Origin: Chiloscyllium plagiosum
Taxonomy: Eukaryota
Direction of reading: 5' to 3'
Assembly: GCF_004010195.1 (NCBI RefSeq)
Contig: NC_057719.1
Coordinates: 81,524,840-81,572,849, forward strand
Length of the DNA: 48,010 nt
Made by a program: the position numbers and the translations under genes. Under the pieces are notes generated by a model. It was not told the DNA's origin. It was given only the letters and a program-made list of their open reading frames with translations, and ran no database searches. Positions within the stretch are counted from its first letter, which is position 1. Each line of letters starts with the position of its first letter. Positions 25,722 to 38,092 of this stretch are shown here, one piece after another.

Positions 25722-27013
25722 TATTATGATTTTAGACCAGATATCTCAAATTGTTAAGCTCCTGGGTGAGGAATGGTGAATTGGCTCCCATTCAAAATTT
25801 ATCCATTCCTTTGATTGGTCACAAGAAGGTTAATTTTAAAACAATCCCTTCCCTTGTGGATACCTGTATCCCAGACCCGAATGAAACTCAGTTTTAAAAG
25901 GAGCCAAGTTAACCAGGCTTTCTTGAGTAAACAAAAAGGTGAACTTATTCGTTACTAAACTCAAGGAGAAATAAAAACTCAAAACATGTGCACACTAATC
26001 AGCGATGAGGTGAATGCAAAATGATAAGAGTTTAAAAATGTATGTATCTATCTTTGGATTGTTTGTAAAGAGTAGGTAGTTGAATATTGTGGCTTTTGCA
26101 ATGGATTTTACTGACTGGATTGATGTTGGTAATTAAACAGTCAAATTTGAGATTCTTGCTGTATAGGTTAATTTGAAATGCTGTGGCTGGCTGGCAGCAC
26201 GAAGGGTGTGAGAGTGTTTTCTCTTTTCTTTACCTGCAATGTCAAAGTGTTTAAATGATTGTTCTCAGAGGTGTGATCGCTACAGTAGACTAATCTATAA
26301 ACTAGGATATCAGAGTTGACAAGTTTGGCGTTGGAAAAGCACAGCAGGTCAGGCAACATCCGAGGAGCGGGAGAGTCAACGTTTCGGACATAAGCCTTTC
26401 ATCAGGTTTATGCCCGAAAGGTTGACTCTCCTGCTCCTCAGATGCTGCCTGACCTGCTATGCTTCTCCAGCACCACACTTTTCGACTCTGACTTTCCAGC
26501 ATCTGCAGGCCTCACTTTCTGCCAAACTCAGACATCAGGCTATTAACACACACAGACCAGGGTTGAAGGTTGCTTTTTAACCCATTTTATGTGTCAAGGC
26601 TGAAACATACACATTCTGCAAATGGTGGTTTTCTGTTGAGAGAGGGGAGATCGTACCCTTGTAATGACTTCCTGTTATGTTACTCTCTCTGTTTAAAGTT
26701 TCTCTGACACACGACAGGTGTAATACTTCATAGGCCCCACACTGTCAGGCAACACTTGAATTTGCAGCCAGCTTTTAGCTGCAACAGACTTCTGTAAAAT
26801 ACTCATTTTGGACATATAAATTAGCAAAGTCCATCATCGAGATAGCAACTAGCTGCTACTCTGGTAAGGAACTGTGCATCAGGCTAACAATCCGGCCACA
26901 TAAAAGGTCTTTGTTAAAGGAAGAAGTCAGAGTGTGTAAAAGCAGAGGAGGAATTGGCGGAAGAATGGAATAGCCTTAGATATCTCTAGTCCCTTTTACG
27001 CTTTCAACATCAC
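25722..27013 (-). mobile_element. Possible old LTR-like element
   Basis: Starts tattatga (TGTTATGA-like), ends catcaca. Non-coding and unlike the other repeats; no TSD found. Confidence 0.25.
26305..26523. mobile_element. PLE terminal fragment in inverted (palindromic) arrangement
   Basis: 26310-26392 is the imperfect reverse complement of 26408-26491; junction lies within the hammerhead motif. Confidence 0.82.
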
Positions 27014-27294
27014 AAAGCACTCAATGTAGCAAGAACGTAAGAGAGAGAGAAGCAGGAGTGAGCTTGTTCTACCAATCAATCAGATCATGACTAACTTGAT
27101 TTTGGCTTTTCTCTACTCCCTTGCCTGCTCCCCATAGCTCTTGACCCCATTTAGTTAAGGATCACCTTTTCTAAGCTTTAAATGTATTCTATGATGAGGC
27201 TTCCCTCGGTCTCTAGTAGAGAGAATACCCCCCCCCCAAAAAATCACAACTCTCTGAGAGAAGAAATTCCACCCCATCTCCATTGCAGCCTTTG

Positions 27295-28050
27295 TGGTTT
27301 CAGGACTCCCATTGTATTAGTAGAAAAAGAATTCCAGGATTTCAACCTGAAGTCCATGAAGAAACAGCAATAAATTTTCAAGTCAAGGTACTGTGGGGCC
27401 TAGAGGGTCACTTGTAGATGTTGGTGCACCAAGGCATTTGCTGCTTCTTCTAGGTGGCAGAGGTTGCATGTTTGGAAAGTGATGTCAAAGGATTAATGGT
27501 GAGTTGCTGCAGTGCATCTTGTAGATGTTATACATTCATGTACTGTCAATGGTGGAGGAAATGTATATTGAAGGGGTAAATGAGATATCAATCAAGCTGC
27601 TTAGTCATGCTTATTGACAAGATTCTTGAGTGTTGTTGAAGTTGCACTCATCCAAGCAAGTGGACAGTATTCTTGTTAATGGTGGACAGGCTTTTGGAGT
27701 CAAAAGATGGATTACTTAGAGTCATAGAGATTTACAGAATGGAAACAAACCCTCTGATCTACTTTTGAGCCACATTTCAATCAAAAATAGCTGTCATGAT
27801 AATAGTGCTGGATTCAGTGATGGCATGGCATTGAATGCCAAGCGTCAATGGATGGACATTGCCTGGCACTTATGGGATGCAAGTGTTGCAGCCTAAGTCT
27901 GAATGTTATCTGGGCTTTCCTGCATGTGGATATAGACTGCTGCAGTATCTGAGGAGTTGTGAACGGTGATGAACACTATCATCAGCAAACTTCCCATTTC
28001 TGGCTTATGACGGAAAGTAATTGATAGCGTGGATGAAGGTGGTGGGGCTT
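27295..28050 (-). mobile_element. LINE family 2 fragment, degraded
   Basis: Colinear with 29150-29900 and 39690-40490. Confidence 0.75.
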
Positions 28051-28399
28051 CAAATACCACCATGAAGCCAAATTTGAGGGCTCCAAGGGTAATTCCGTCC
28101 CGAAACAATTCCATGGCAATGCTTCCCGCTCTGGTGGGCCTGTCCCTGCTGATGGGACAGGACACACCCAGGGATGGCGCTGGTGGTGCCCAGGCATGGG
28201 CTGTAATTTATGATTCTGTGAATGATCATGTAAGTGAGACATCTCACCTCACTTAGTCCTCAACCCTTAAATATTAGTAAAGTAGACTTTGCACATTTGA
28301 CATGGCATGGTTTAATGTTGTCATTTCTGATGCCAAGATCAATGCTGGGTTTTCCATCCTGTTTAATTTTTTTTAACGTTGCTTTGGCAGTTTGGAACA

Positions 28400-28650
28400 A
28401 TGGCGACCTCTTTCCAGCTATGTTGCTGTGAGTCTGTAAACCAGACCAGGTGAGAACAGCAGACATCTTTCCTTAAAGGTCATTAGTGACTATTAACAAT
28501 CATGGCACATTTATTGGGACCAGCTTGTCAATTCCAGATTTCTTCATGAATTGAATTTAAATCCCCCAGCTGTGGGATTTGAACACGTGAACTCAAAGCA
28601 TTAGCCTGGGCCTCAAATTACTAGTCTGCTGATACTATAGCAATGACACC
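28400..28650 (-). mobile_element. SINE (LINE-family-2 partner)
   Basis: ccagaccaggtgagaacagcagac.tctttccttaaagg.cattagtga...gaattgaatttaaat..gggatttgaac. Confidence 0.6.
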
Positions 28651-29039
28651 TCTTTCCTCAATAGTCATCAACAAATCTAATAGGGAGTCAGGAGAAATCT
28701 TTTTACTCAGCTAATGCAAGGGGTAGTTTCACTGATGCATCTAAGGGCAATATAAAGACATGCACAATATGACCAGGAGGCCCTTTGTGCCCAATCTGTC
28801 ATTCAACAAGAGCATGCTTAAGTTTTACATCAATTCTAATTTCCTGTCTGATTCCTATAACTAACCGATTCCTTTGAGTTCAGAGTTCCATAAACTTCAG
28901 TTTTGAGTCTACTTCTGGATTGAGCTTCCTTAACCTTTGCAGATTGCAAGCAGCAGAGATTCTCAGTTCAGTCCGAAACAAGAGACCTCTTAATGTGGAG
29001 AAGTGATTCTTTCCCCACCTGGGAGAAGTGGCTTTCTTT

Positions 29040-29918
29040 TTATTTGTTCATTTTTGTGAGATGTAGGTGTCATTGGCTGGGCCAGCATTTATTGCCCGTT
29101 CCTAGTTGCCCTTGAGAAGGTGGCGGTGAGCTGCTTTCTTGAACCGCTGCAGTCCACCTGTTGTAGGTAGGCCCACAATGCCATGAGGGAGGGAATTCTA
29201 GGATTTTGACCCAATGACACTGAAGGAATAATGATATATTTCCAAGTCAGGATGGTGAGTGGTTTGGAGGGAAACTTGAAGGTGGTAGTGTTACCATGTA
29301 TCTGCTCCCCTTGTCCTACATGAAAGTGGTCTTGGGGTTGGAAGGTGTGATCTGAGGAGCTTTGGTGAATTTCTACAGCACATCTTGTAGATAGTGCACA
29401 CTGCTGCTAGTGAGTGCCAGTGGTGGAGGGAGTGTATACTTGTGGATATGGTGCTAATCAAGCAGGCTGCTTTGTACTGGATGATGTCACTCTTTTTGAG
29501 TGTTGTTGGGGCTGCACCCATCCAGACAAGTGAAGATTATTCCATCATTCTCCTGATTTGGGCCCTGTAGTTGATGGACAGGGTTTTAGGAATCAGGAGG
29601 TGAGTAACTGCAGTATTCCTAGCCTCTGATCTGCTCTTGTAGCCACTGCATTTATGTGGTGAGTCCAGTTGAGTTTCTGATCAATGATAACTTCCCAGGA
29701 TGTTGACAGTGGGGCATGGTAACACTACTGAATGTCAAGGGGTGGTGGTTAGATTGTCTCTTATTGGTGATGGCTATAGCCTGGCATTTGTATGAGGCAA
29801 ACATTACTTGCCACTTGTCGGCTCAAGCCTGGATATTGTCCAGATCTTGTTGCATTTGGATGTGGACTGCTGTAGTGTCTGAGGAGTCAAGAGTGGTGCT
29901 GAATGTTGTGCAATCACA
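29040..29918 (-). mobile_element. LINE family 2, 3' part; resumes at ~33150-33200 after the CR1 insertion
   Basis: Minus ORF 29291-29521 GAAPTTLKK.DIIQ.KAACLI...HSLHH..SLAAVCTIYKM.C. Colinear with 39540-40500. Confidence 0.85.
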
Positions 29919-29920
29919 CT

Positions 29921-32900
29921 TAGTCATAGAGTCATAGAGATGTATAGCACGGAAGCAGACCCTTCGGTCCAACCCGTCCATGCTGACCAGATATCCCAAC
30001 CCAATCTAGTCCCACCTACCAGCACCAAGCCCATATCCCTCCAAACCCTTCCTATTCATATACCCATCCAGATGCCTTATAAATGTTACAATTGTACTAG
30101 CCTCCACCACTTCCTCTGGCAGCTGACTCCATACATGTACCACCCTCTGAGTGAAAAAGTTGCCCCTTAGGTCTCTTTTATATCTTGCCCCTCTGACCCT
30201 AAACCTATGCCCTCTAGTTCTGGACTCCCCCACCCAGGGAAGAGACTTTTCCTATTTATCCTATCCCTCCCTCTCATGATTTTATAAACATCTATAAGGT
30301 CACCCCTCAGCCTCCGATGCTCCAGGGAAAACAGCCCCAGCCTATTCAATCTCTCCCTATAGCTCAAATCCTCCAACCCTGGCAACATCCTTGTAAATCT
30401 TTTCTGANNNNNNNNNNNNNNNNNNNNNNNNNNNNNNNNNNNNNNNNNNNNNNNNNNNNNNNNNNNNNNNNNNNNNNNNNNNNNNNNNNNNNNNNNNNNN
30501 NNNNNNNNNNNNNNNNNNNNNNNNNNNNNNNNNNNNNNNNNNNNNNNNNNNNNNNNNNNNNNNNNNNNNNNNNNNNNNNNNNNNNNNNNNNNNNNNNNNN
30601 NNNNNNNNNNNNNNNNNNNNNNNNNNNNNNNNNNNNNNNNNNNNNNNNNNNNNNNNNNNNNNNNNNNNNNNNNNNNNNNNNNNNNNNNNNNNNNNNNNNN
30701 NNNNNNNNNNNNNNNNNNNNNNNNNNNNNNNNNNNNNNNNNNNNNNNNNNNNNNNNNNNNNNNNNNNNNNNNTGTATCCAAATGGCTAGTTCTCCCTGTA
30801 TTCCATGAGATCTAACCTTGCTAACAAGTCTCCCATGGGGAACCTTGTCGAACGCCTTACTGAAGTCCATATAGGTCACATCTACTGCTCTGCCCTCATC
30901 AATCCTCTTTGTTACTTCTTCAAAAAACACAATCAAGTTTGTGAGACATGATTTCCCACGCACAAAGCCATGTTGACTATCCCTAATCAGTCCTTGCCTT
31001 TCCAAATACATGTACATCCTGTCCCTCAGGATTCCCTCCAACAAATTGCCCACCAATGAGGTCAGGCTCACCGGACTATAGTTCCTTGCCACCTTTTTAA
31101 AATAGTGGCACCACGTTAGCCAACCTCCAGTCTTCCGGCACTTCACCTGTGACGATCAATGATACAAGTATCTCAGCAAGAGGCCCAGCAATCACTTGCC
31201 AGATTCCCACAGATTACACCTGATCAGGTCCTGGGGATTTATCCACTTTGATGCATTTCAAGACATCCAGCACTACCTCCTCTGTAATATGGACACTTTT
31301 CAAGGTGTCATCTATTTGCCCACTTTCTATATCCTCCATGTCCTTCTCCACAGTAAACACTGATGCAACACATTCGTTTAGAATTTCCCCCATCTCTTGC
31401 AGCTCCACACAAAGGCCGCCTTGCTGATCTTTAGGGGCCGTATTCTCTCCCTAGTTACCCTTTTTTTCCTTAATGTATTTCTAAAAACCCTTTGGATTCT
31501 CCTTAACCCTATTTGCCAAAGCTATCTCATGACCTCTTTTTGCCCTCCTGATTTCCCTCTCAAGTATACTCCTACTGCCTTTATACTCTTCTAAGGATTC
31601 ACTCAAAACCCTGTCTATACCTGACATATGCTTCCTTCTTCTTCTTAACCAAGCCTTCAATTTCTTCAGTCATTTAGCATTCCCTATACCTACCAGCCTT
31701 TCACCCTAACATGAATATACTGTCTCTTGACTATTATCTCATTCCTGAAGGCTTCCCATTTCCCAGCCGTCCCTTTGCCTGCGAACATCTGCCCCAATCA
31801 GCTTTGAAAGTTCTTGCCTAATACCGTCAAAATTAGCCTTCCTCCAATTTAGAACTTCAACTTTTAGATCTGGTCTATCCTCTTCCATCATTATTTTAAA
31901 ACTAATAAGAATTATGGTCACTGGCCCCAAAGTGATCCCCCACTGACACCTCAGTCACCTGTCCTGCCTTATTTCCCAAGGATAGGTCAGGTTTTGCACC
32001 TTCTCTAGTAGGTACATCCACATACTGAATCAGATAATTTTCTTCCACATTATGGCAGTCCCAGTCTATATTTGGAAAGTTAAAATCCCCTACCATAACC
32101 ACCCTATTATTCCTAAAGATAACTCAGATCTCCTAACAAATTTGTTTCTCAATTTCTCTCTGACTATTAGGGGTCTGTAATAAATCCCAGTAAAGTGATC
32201 ATCCCTTTCTTATTTCTCAGTTCCACCCAAATAACCTCCCCAGATGTATTTCCAGGAACATCCTCCCTCAGCACAGCTGTAATGCTATCCCTTATCAAAA
32301 ATGCCACCCCCTCCTCCTCTCTTACCTCCCTTTCTATCCATCCTGTAGCATTTGTATCCTGGAACATTAAGCTGCCAGTCCTGTCCATCCCTGAGCCATG
32401 TTTCTGTAATTGCTATGATATCCCAGTCCCATGTTCCTAACCATGCCCTGAGTTCATCTGCCTTCCCTGTTAGGCCTCTTGCATTGAAATAAATGCAGTT
32501 TAATTTATCAGTCCTACCTTGTTCTCTGCTTTGTCCCTGCCTGCCCTGACTGTTTGACTCACTTCTGTTCTCAGCTGTACCCNNNTTCCAATTCAGGTGC
32601 AATCCGTCCTTCTTGTACAGGTCACTTCTACCCCAGAAGACATTCCAATGATCCAAAAATGTGAATCCCTCTCCCATACACCAGCTCCTCAGCCATGCAT
32701 TCATCTGCTATATCCTTCTATTCCTGCCCTCACTAGCTTGTAGCACCGGGAGTAATCCAGATATTACTACCCTAAAGGATCTCCTTATTATTTTCCTGCC
32801 TAACTCTCTCTATGTCCCCTTCAAAAATCTCATCATTTTCCCTTCCTATGTTGTTGGTTCCAATGGGTACAATGACCTCCTGCTGGCCCCTCTCCCCCAT

Positions 32901-33145
32901 GAGAACATTCTGTACCCTCTCTGGCACCAGGGAAGCAACACACGATTCTGATCTTTCGCTGCTGGCCACAGAAACGACTGTCTGTGCCTCGAACTAGAGA
33001 GTCCCCTAACACAATTGACCTCTTGGAACCCGACATACCCCTCATTGCATTAGAGCCTGTCTTGATACTGTCTTGGCTGTTCTTGCTAAATTGCCCTGAG
33101 AATCCATCACCCCCTACATTTTCCAAAATACTATGTTGTTTGAAA
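29921..33145 (-). mobile_element. Young, near-full-length CR1 (HER1-like) LINE: ORF1 SGNH esterase-like domain, ORF2 endonuclease and RT; disrupted
   Basis: ORF1 motifs IVLGDSLVRG, CFPGA, IGTNNIG, LYKKDGLHLN. ORF2 motifs YFNARGL, IAITETWL, VGDFNFP, KSPGPD, YMDFSKAFDKVPH. Tail (ctctatga)n. Confidence 0.95.
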
Positions 33146-33544
33146 TGGGGGGCAAGTTCATTGATGAAGCAGCTGAAGATGGTTGGGTCTGGGACACTAC
33201 ATTGATCATATATCTTGTCAAGCCCTTGAAAAATTACTTACATTTGATTGAGATCATCCCTCATTCTTTAAAAGTGAACATGGGTACATTGACCTTCATT
33301 TCTCATCACAGCTTGAAGCATGCATAAGCAAAGATGGTTAAATGATGTTAGATGGAAGAGCGTCAGTGAAACATATACACCAGCACAGTCTTGTCGGGCT
33401 GAATATTACTGTTCTGTGCATTCTGTGTAATATCATATAGAAAGTTTTTGCACATTATTCAACAAGAAAGACACCTATCCACCATTTTATACATTCTCTC
33501 CCATCACAATCAGTAGTGGCAATGTGGATCTTCCACAAAATTGT

Positions 33545-33880
33545 GGAGAGCACAAGTTAGGAGCGTGATGGGTTATTCTCCACTCGCCTGGATGGGTGCA
33601 GTTCCCAACAACACTCAAGAAGCTTGACACTATTCAAGACAAAGTAGCCTGCTTGATAGGCATCTAATTCACTCACACTAGAAGCAGTGTGCACTCAACC
33701 AAGTTTAGAGACATGGGATAACTGCGAGGTCCCCTCCAAATTTGACTTGGAAGTATATTGCTGTTTCTTCATTGTCACTGGGTCAAAATCTTTCCTTGCA
33801 AACATCACTGAAGGAGACAGCTCACCACCATCTTCCAAGGGCGACAGGGGGCAGGCAATAACGGTAGCTTCATTCACATC
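33545..33880 (+). mobile_element. LINE family 2, 3' fragment
   Basis: gcacaagttaggagcgtgatgg..attctccactcgcctggatgggtgcagttcc is a reverse homolog of 29460-29560. Confidence 0.7.
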
Positions 33881-34459
33881 CCGTGAACAACTTTGCAAGA
33901 TAGCGTGGAGGGAATTTGCTTGCAAAGCCAAAGCTAATGATGAAATATTTAGCAGTATTTCCGCCCATCTGCCTTGCCGCCAGTGTTTTGTGCTCAAAGT
34001 ATGCAAGGCATGCTCTCTCACAGATAACCATAAGAATGGGATGAGTTGCTCTACCTGGAAAATGTTTCCACAGGAAGCAGGGCAGAGTTATTGTGGCCTC
34101 ACAGCTATCCTGAGTGTAGTGGTTACACACAGACTGGAGGCTAGGTGAGTGGCAGGGCGAACGCATCTGCTACTTCACAAATAACATAACTTGCTGCTGT
34201 TCTCACCATTTTCCATCCCCCTTGCTAGGTTACAGGTGGTAGCTTCAGAGAATTTGTCTGTGACATATGGGGATACGTGGTTAACATTCACCGGCTGCAG
34301 AGGGCATCACTGTTGATGCCTGCTCTGCAAACTGTGTCAGCGTGAACTGGTTAAACAATGAGTGGTCACTGACAAGGCAAGCAAGAGCTCTGGCCAATTA
34401 TTTCTGGTCCTAACAAGACTCAACAAGGCATATTATAGCCCTGTCTGGTGTAGTTTGTG

Positions 34460-34885
34460 GAAAGGATTTTTCCTCTTGCAGGAGAATTTGGAAGTAAGGG
34501 TCACTGTTTAAAATGAAAGGCTACCCATTTAAGACAGATAAGTAATCTTGAGTCCATGCTGAAAACTACTGGCACCAGATGCCTGGACAACGAAATGAAC
34601 GGTATTGTGATCACCTCCAGTCTGAATCCAGATTAAAACCAACAGATCTTAGTAAATTTTGAATGCTTTTATACCTGTCCATACACGGTTTTCACTCTGA
34701 GACTTTGCAAATCGCTTCCTCAAGAGACAGAGGAAACGGATTCCTTGAATACTCTTAAAGCAGAGGTGTACAGATTCTTGAAGAGTAAGCGGGTGAAATG
34801 TTATCAGCAATGTGGAGGAATCAGATGCACCATGATCCTGTTGAATGTTCGAAGGGCCAAATGGTATAATCCTGCTCCTAATTTG
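34460..34885 (+). mobile_element. Old CR1 3' fragments
   Basis: tttcctcttgcaggagaat...ccatttaagacag and ttgaatactcttaaagcagaggt..agattcttg...cctgctcctaatt. Confidence 0.55.
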
Positions 34886-35025
34886 TCTGCTAATGAGGAC
34901 AAAAAGTGGCTTATTCCTACCCTGTGTAATCCAATTCTGCATAAGGAAATGCTCAGACTAATAATCCAGAGAACATGAGATCAGAGTCTACTATGCCACT
35001 TTGAGACCTAACTGTAGAAAGCTGA

Positions 35026-35275
35026 TGTTTATTCAGCATTCTAAGGGCTACATATTGTGAACTGTGTGCAGTTAATATTTATTCATCGTGGTAAAGATTG
35101 TGTTAGCATGTATTGGTAACATTGATGTTCTTTCAGCATGGTAAGGATTATTTATGTGGTAATTATGTAAAATCAGTATTTATTCAGCATGGTAAGGATT
35201 GTTTAGTATGTAATTATGTGAAGCTAGTATTTATTCAGCATGGTGAGGATTGTTTGGTGTGTAACTGATGAAGTT
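35026..35275 (+). repeat. Minisatellite, ~5 diverged units of 50-51 bp
   Basis: Unit tatttattcagcatggtaaggattgtttagtatgtaattatgtgaagctag; unit starts near 35026, 35076, 35126, 35177 and 35228. Confidence 0.85.
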
Positions 35276-36034
35276 CCTTCCTGTAGATTAAGTTAGACAT
35301 GTGCTGCTCATTAATGCAGCTTGATGACTGCCTTTACCCTGACAGGGCTGAGCTGCTGCTACTTGTCTCATACAGTGGGACAAAAACAAGATTTCCCCTA
35401 TTGTTGGTTCCCCCCACGCCGCAGCTGTCCATGAGAGAACACAGAGCTCTGCTGGAGCCACATGTGCACCTTGTCAGCCGGCTCTTTCACAACTAAAACT
35501 CACATGACCTTTTCTGTTTAGTTCTGAAACAGTCGTGCAGCGAGTTCCTGTTTTGAATGGAGTGACATTTGTGGCGTTCAGCAGCAGAGTTACCGCAGCA
35601 TTTGCATTTAAAATGTCTGGAGGAAGTTGTAGCAGAAAAAAACAAACTGACAGCTCAAACCTCGGGTGGTACAGGAGCATGTACTGCAACTACTGCCTGA
35701 ATGTCTGACTAAACTTGTAAAACCGCTAATGCAGCTGGCTGTAAATATGCAATATTCAGTTTTTAAATTGGGAATCACTAAAGGCAACCATAACCTTAAG
35801 ATCAACATCCCAGCCCCCACTATATATTTTTTAACAATATTTCGCATTATAGCCCCTTAAAGTGACAGATGGGACCACTTGCTCACACAGAGTGAGCACA
35901 TTCACGTTGAGATGCCTATCTGTGATATATTTTGTTACAATGGTGTCTTGATTCCAAATAATGCAGACTAGAATCTCAGACAAAAGCTTGGTTTTTGATT
36001 ACTACCCCACAACATTGTTTCAGCAACGCCCCCT

Positions 36035-36138
36035 TTGTAGAAACAGAAAGTGCTGGTATTAGCCTCTGCAGTTCTGGCAGCCTCCATGTAGAGAAACAAA
36101 GGTAACGTTTCGAGTTAAATTTGACTCATCTTCAGTGC
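36035..36138 (-). mobile_element. Short PLE terminal insert with hammerhead motif
   Basis: Minus strand CTGAAGA-T-GAGT-CAAATTTA-ACTC-GAAAC-GTT. Confidence 0.65.
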
Positions 36139-36810
36139 AAGTAACAGCAGAGGGCCACGTGCCATCCCGAGTCTCCCTCACCATTCAGTCGGATCATTGT
36201 TGACCTGTACCAATATATGCCATCACAATCTCCTTTTCCTTTGCTTCCTTATCCCTCATCTGTCCAGTTTTTCCTCAAACCCATTTATTGAATGGGGTTG
36301 CATAACTGAAAGAACCTGGGATGAAATGGCCTTTGTGAAGCCACTTCTGCTTTATGAATGAGTAACTGGAGGCCATCAATAATACAATTGACATAAGAAG
36401 TCAAACCGAGAGGAAGTATCTTTCTTTGGAGAGTGTGGAACTCAAGACCACAGGGAATGGTTATTGAGAACAGTATTAATTCACTTCAGAGAGAGTTGGG
36501 CAAGGTGTGCGGGGGAGAGAACAAAGGCGAATGATCAATTTTGTTGAGAAAGGCTAGGAGAAAGCTCAAGTTGGGCTGAGTGGCCTATTTCAGTGCTGTT
36601 TGTCCAATGGACTCCTACTCTTCACCCCCACTGGTGGTGAGTTCCACATTGCCACCATACTCTGATTTTCTTCTGAATTCCCTTCTGGATTTCGAGGTGA
36701 CAATCTCATATTGATGGCCTCTATTAGTACTCTTCCCTACAAGAGGAAACATTCTCTCTGGATGACACTGTCAAAACCTTCAAGCTAACATGATTTTAAA
36801 AATCTCTATT

Positions 36811-37165
36811 CATCATTTGCGGTCTCTCGCAGATGAGGATTGCTCTCTTCCATTCTCAGGGTGAGTCCATAGGTGGCTGTACACACTGGTGCGGCTGCCG
36901 CAGGCTGTTCACACTTGGGGAAGAAGCTGGTCTCAGGAAGGGGTGGATGGGGCGTTGGTATGGCAGCGCACTCCTTGCCCAATTTTCGTCTGGCTTCCGC
37001 TTTTTCCTGAGAGCAAGTCTCAAGGTACTCGACACCTTCCCGGTATTCCTCCTCCACTTTGAACAGTCTTGGACCAGTGATTCCTAGGGGTTGTGGGAGT
37101 GCCGAATTTCACCAGCAAGGCCTTGAGGGTATCCCTGAAGCAGTTCCTCTGTCTACCTGGGCCTT
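36811..37165 (-). mobile_element. RTE-clade (BovB-like) LINE 3' fragment inserted in a CR1 remnant
   Basis: Minus strand PGRQRNCFRDTLKALL...ESLVQDCSKWRR resembles the RTE C-terminus; (atg)n tail; TSD AAATCTCTATT (36800-36810, 37168-37178). Confidence 0.75.
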
Positions 37166-37314
37166 TTAAATCTCTATTAGGTGACTCCCCAAGCCCTTAT
37201 CTTCCCCCACCCCCCTTCCCAAGAGTAAAGAAATCTTTCCTAGTATTTATACTCAGTCATTCTGAATCATTCTTGAAAATTGTCTCTATAACCTCTGGCT
37301 CCATTTCTTTTCTC

Positions 37315-37640
37315 GGGGTGGCACGGTGGCTCAGTGGTTAGCACTGCTGCCTCACAGCACCAGGGTCCCACGTTCTATTCCAGCCTCCGCCAACTGTCTG
37401 TGTGGGGTTTGCATGTTCTCCCCATATCTGTGTGCGTTTCCTCTGGGTGCTCCAGTTTCCTCCCACAGTCCAGAGATGTGCAGGTCAGGTGAATTGGCCA
37501 TGCTAAATTGCCCATAGTGTTAGGTGCATTAGTCAAGAGGGAAAAGGGTCTGGGTGGGTTTCTCTTTGGAGGGTCGGTGTGGACTGGTTGGGCCAAAGGG
37601 CCTGTTTCCACATTGTAGGGAATATAATATGTAATAATAT
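37315..37640 (+). mobile_element. HE1-type V-SINE, full length
   Basis: ggggtggcacggtggctcagtggttagcactgctgcctcacagc, V-domain, tail gggccaaagggcctgtttccac. Confidence 0.92.
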
Positions 37641-37689
37641 AAAATGCTGACCAGGATTGCAGATAACACTCTGCATGAGGTCTTTCCTT

Positions 37690-38092
37690 AGTTTATTCTT
37701 TCATGAGATATGGATATCACTGACAAAGCCAGCATTTGCTAGCCATCTGTAATCAGCCATGAAACTTAATTATTTATTTGTTCATCAGAGAGGGCAGTTT
37801 AGAGTCAACCACATTCATACGGATTTGGACTCACATGTTGGCCAGACCAGGTATGGATGGCAGATTTCCATCTCTAAAGGATATCAATGAATCAGATGGG
37901 TTTTTAATAATAATCGATGATTTTAATAATAATCGATGGTAGCTATCACTGAGCACTGCTTTGTAATTCAAGATGTTATGAATTGAATTTAAAATCCAGC
38001 ATATTGAGATTTGAACCCAAATCTCCAGGACTTGAACCTGTCCACCTGGATTGCCAGTTCAGTCTTAGTAGCACCATGTCACCATCTCCCCC
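37690..38092 (-). mobile_element. SINE (LINE-family-2 partner), near full length
   Basis: Reverse homolog of 12000-12392 and 43000-43265; 3' end matches the LINE family 2 tail at 29045-29110. Confidence 0.7.

Noticed and set aside
33687..34148. 153-aa ORF
   Set aside because: It starts within a LINE 3' fragment and has no recognisable domain or splice signals.
35026..35275. CRISPR-like repeat/spacer array
   Set aside because: The whole unit is repeated with no unique spacers, the context is eukaryotic, and there are no cas genes.
35613..35708. Short ATG ORF (MSGGSCSRKKQ...) as an alternative first exon
   Set aside because: No convincing phase-0 donor before its stop codon.
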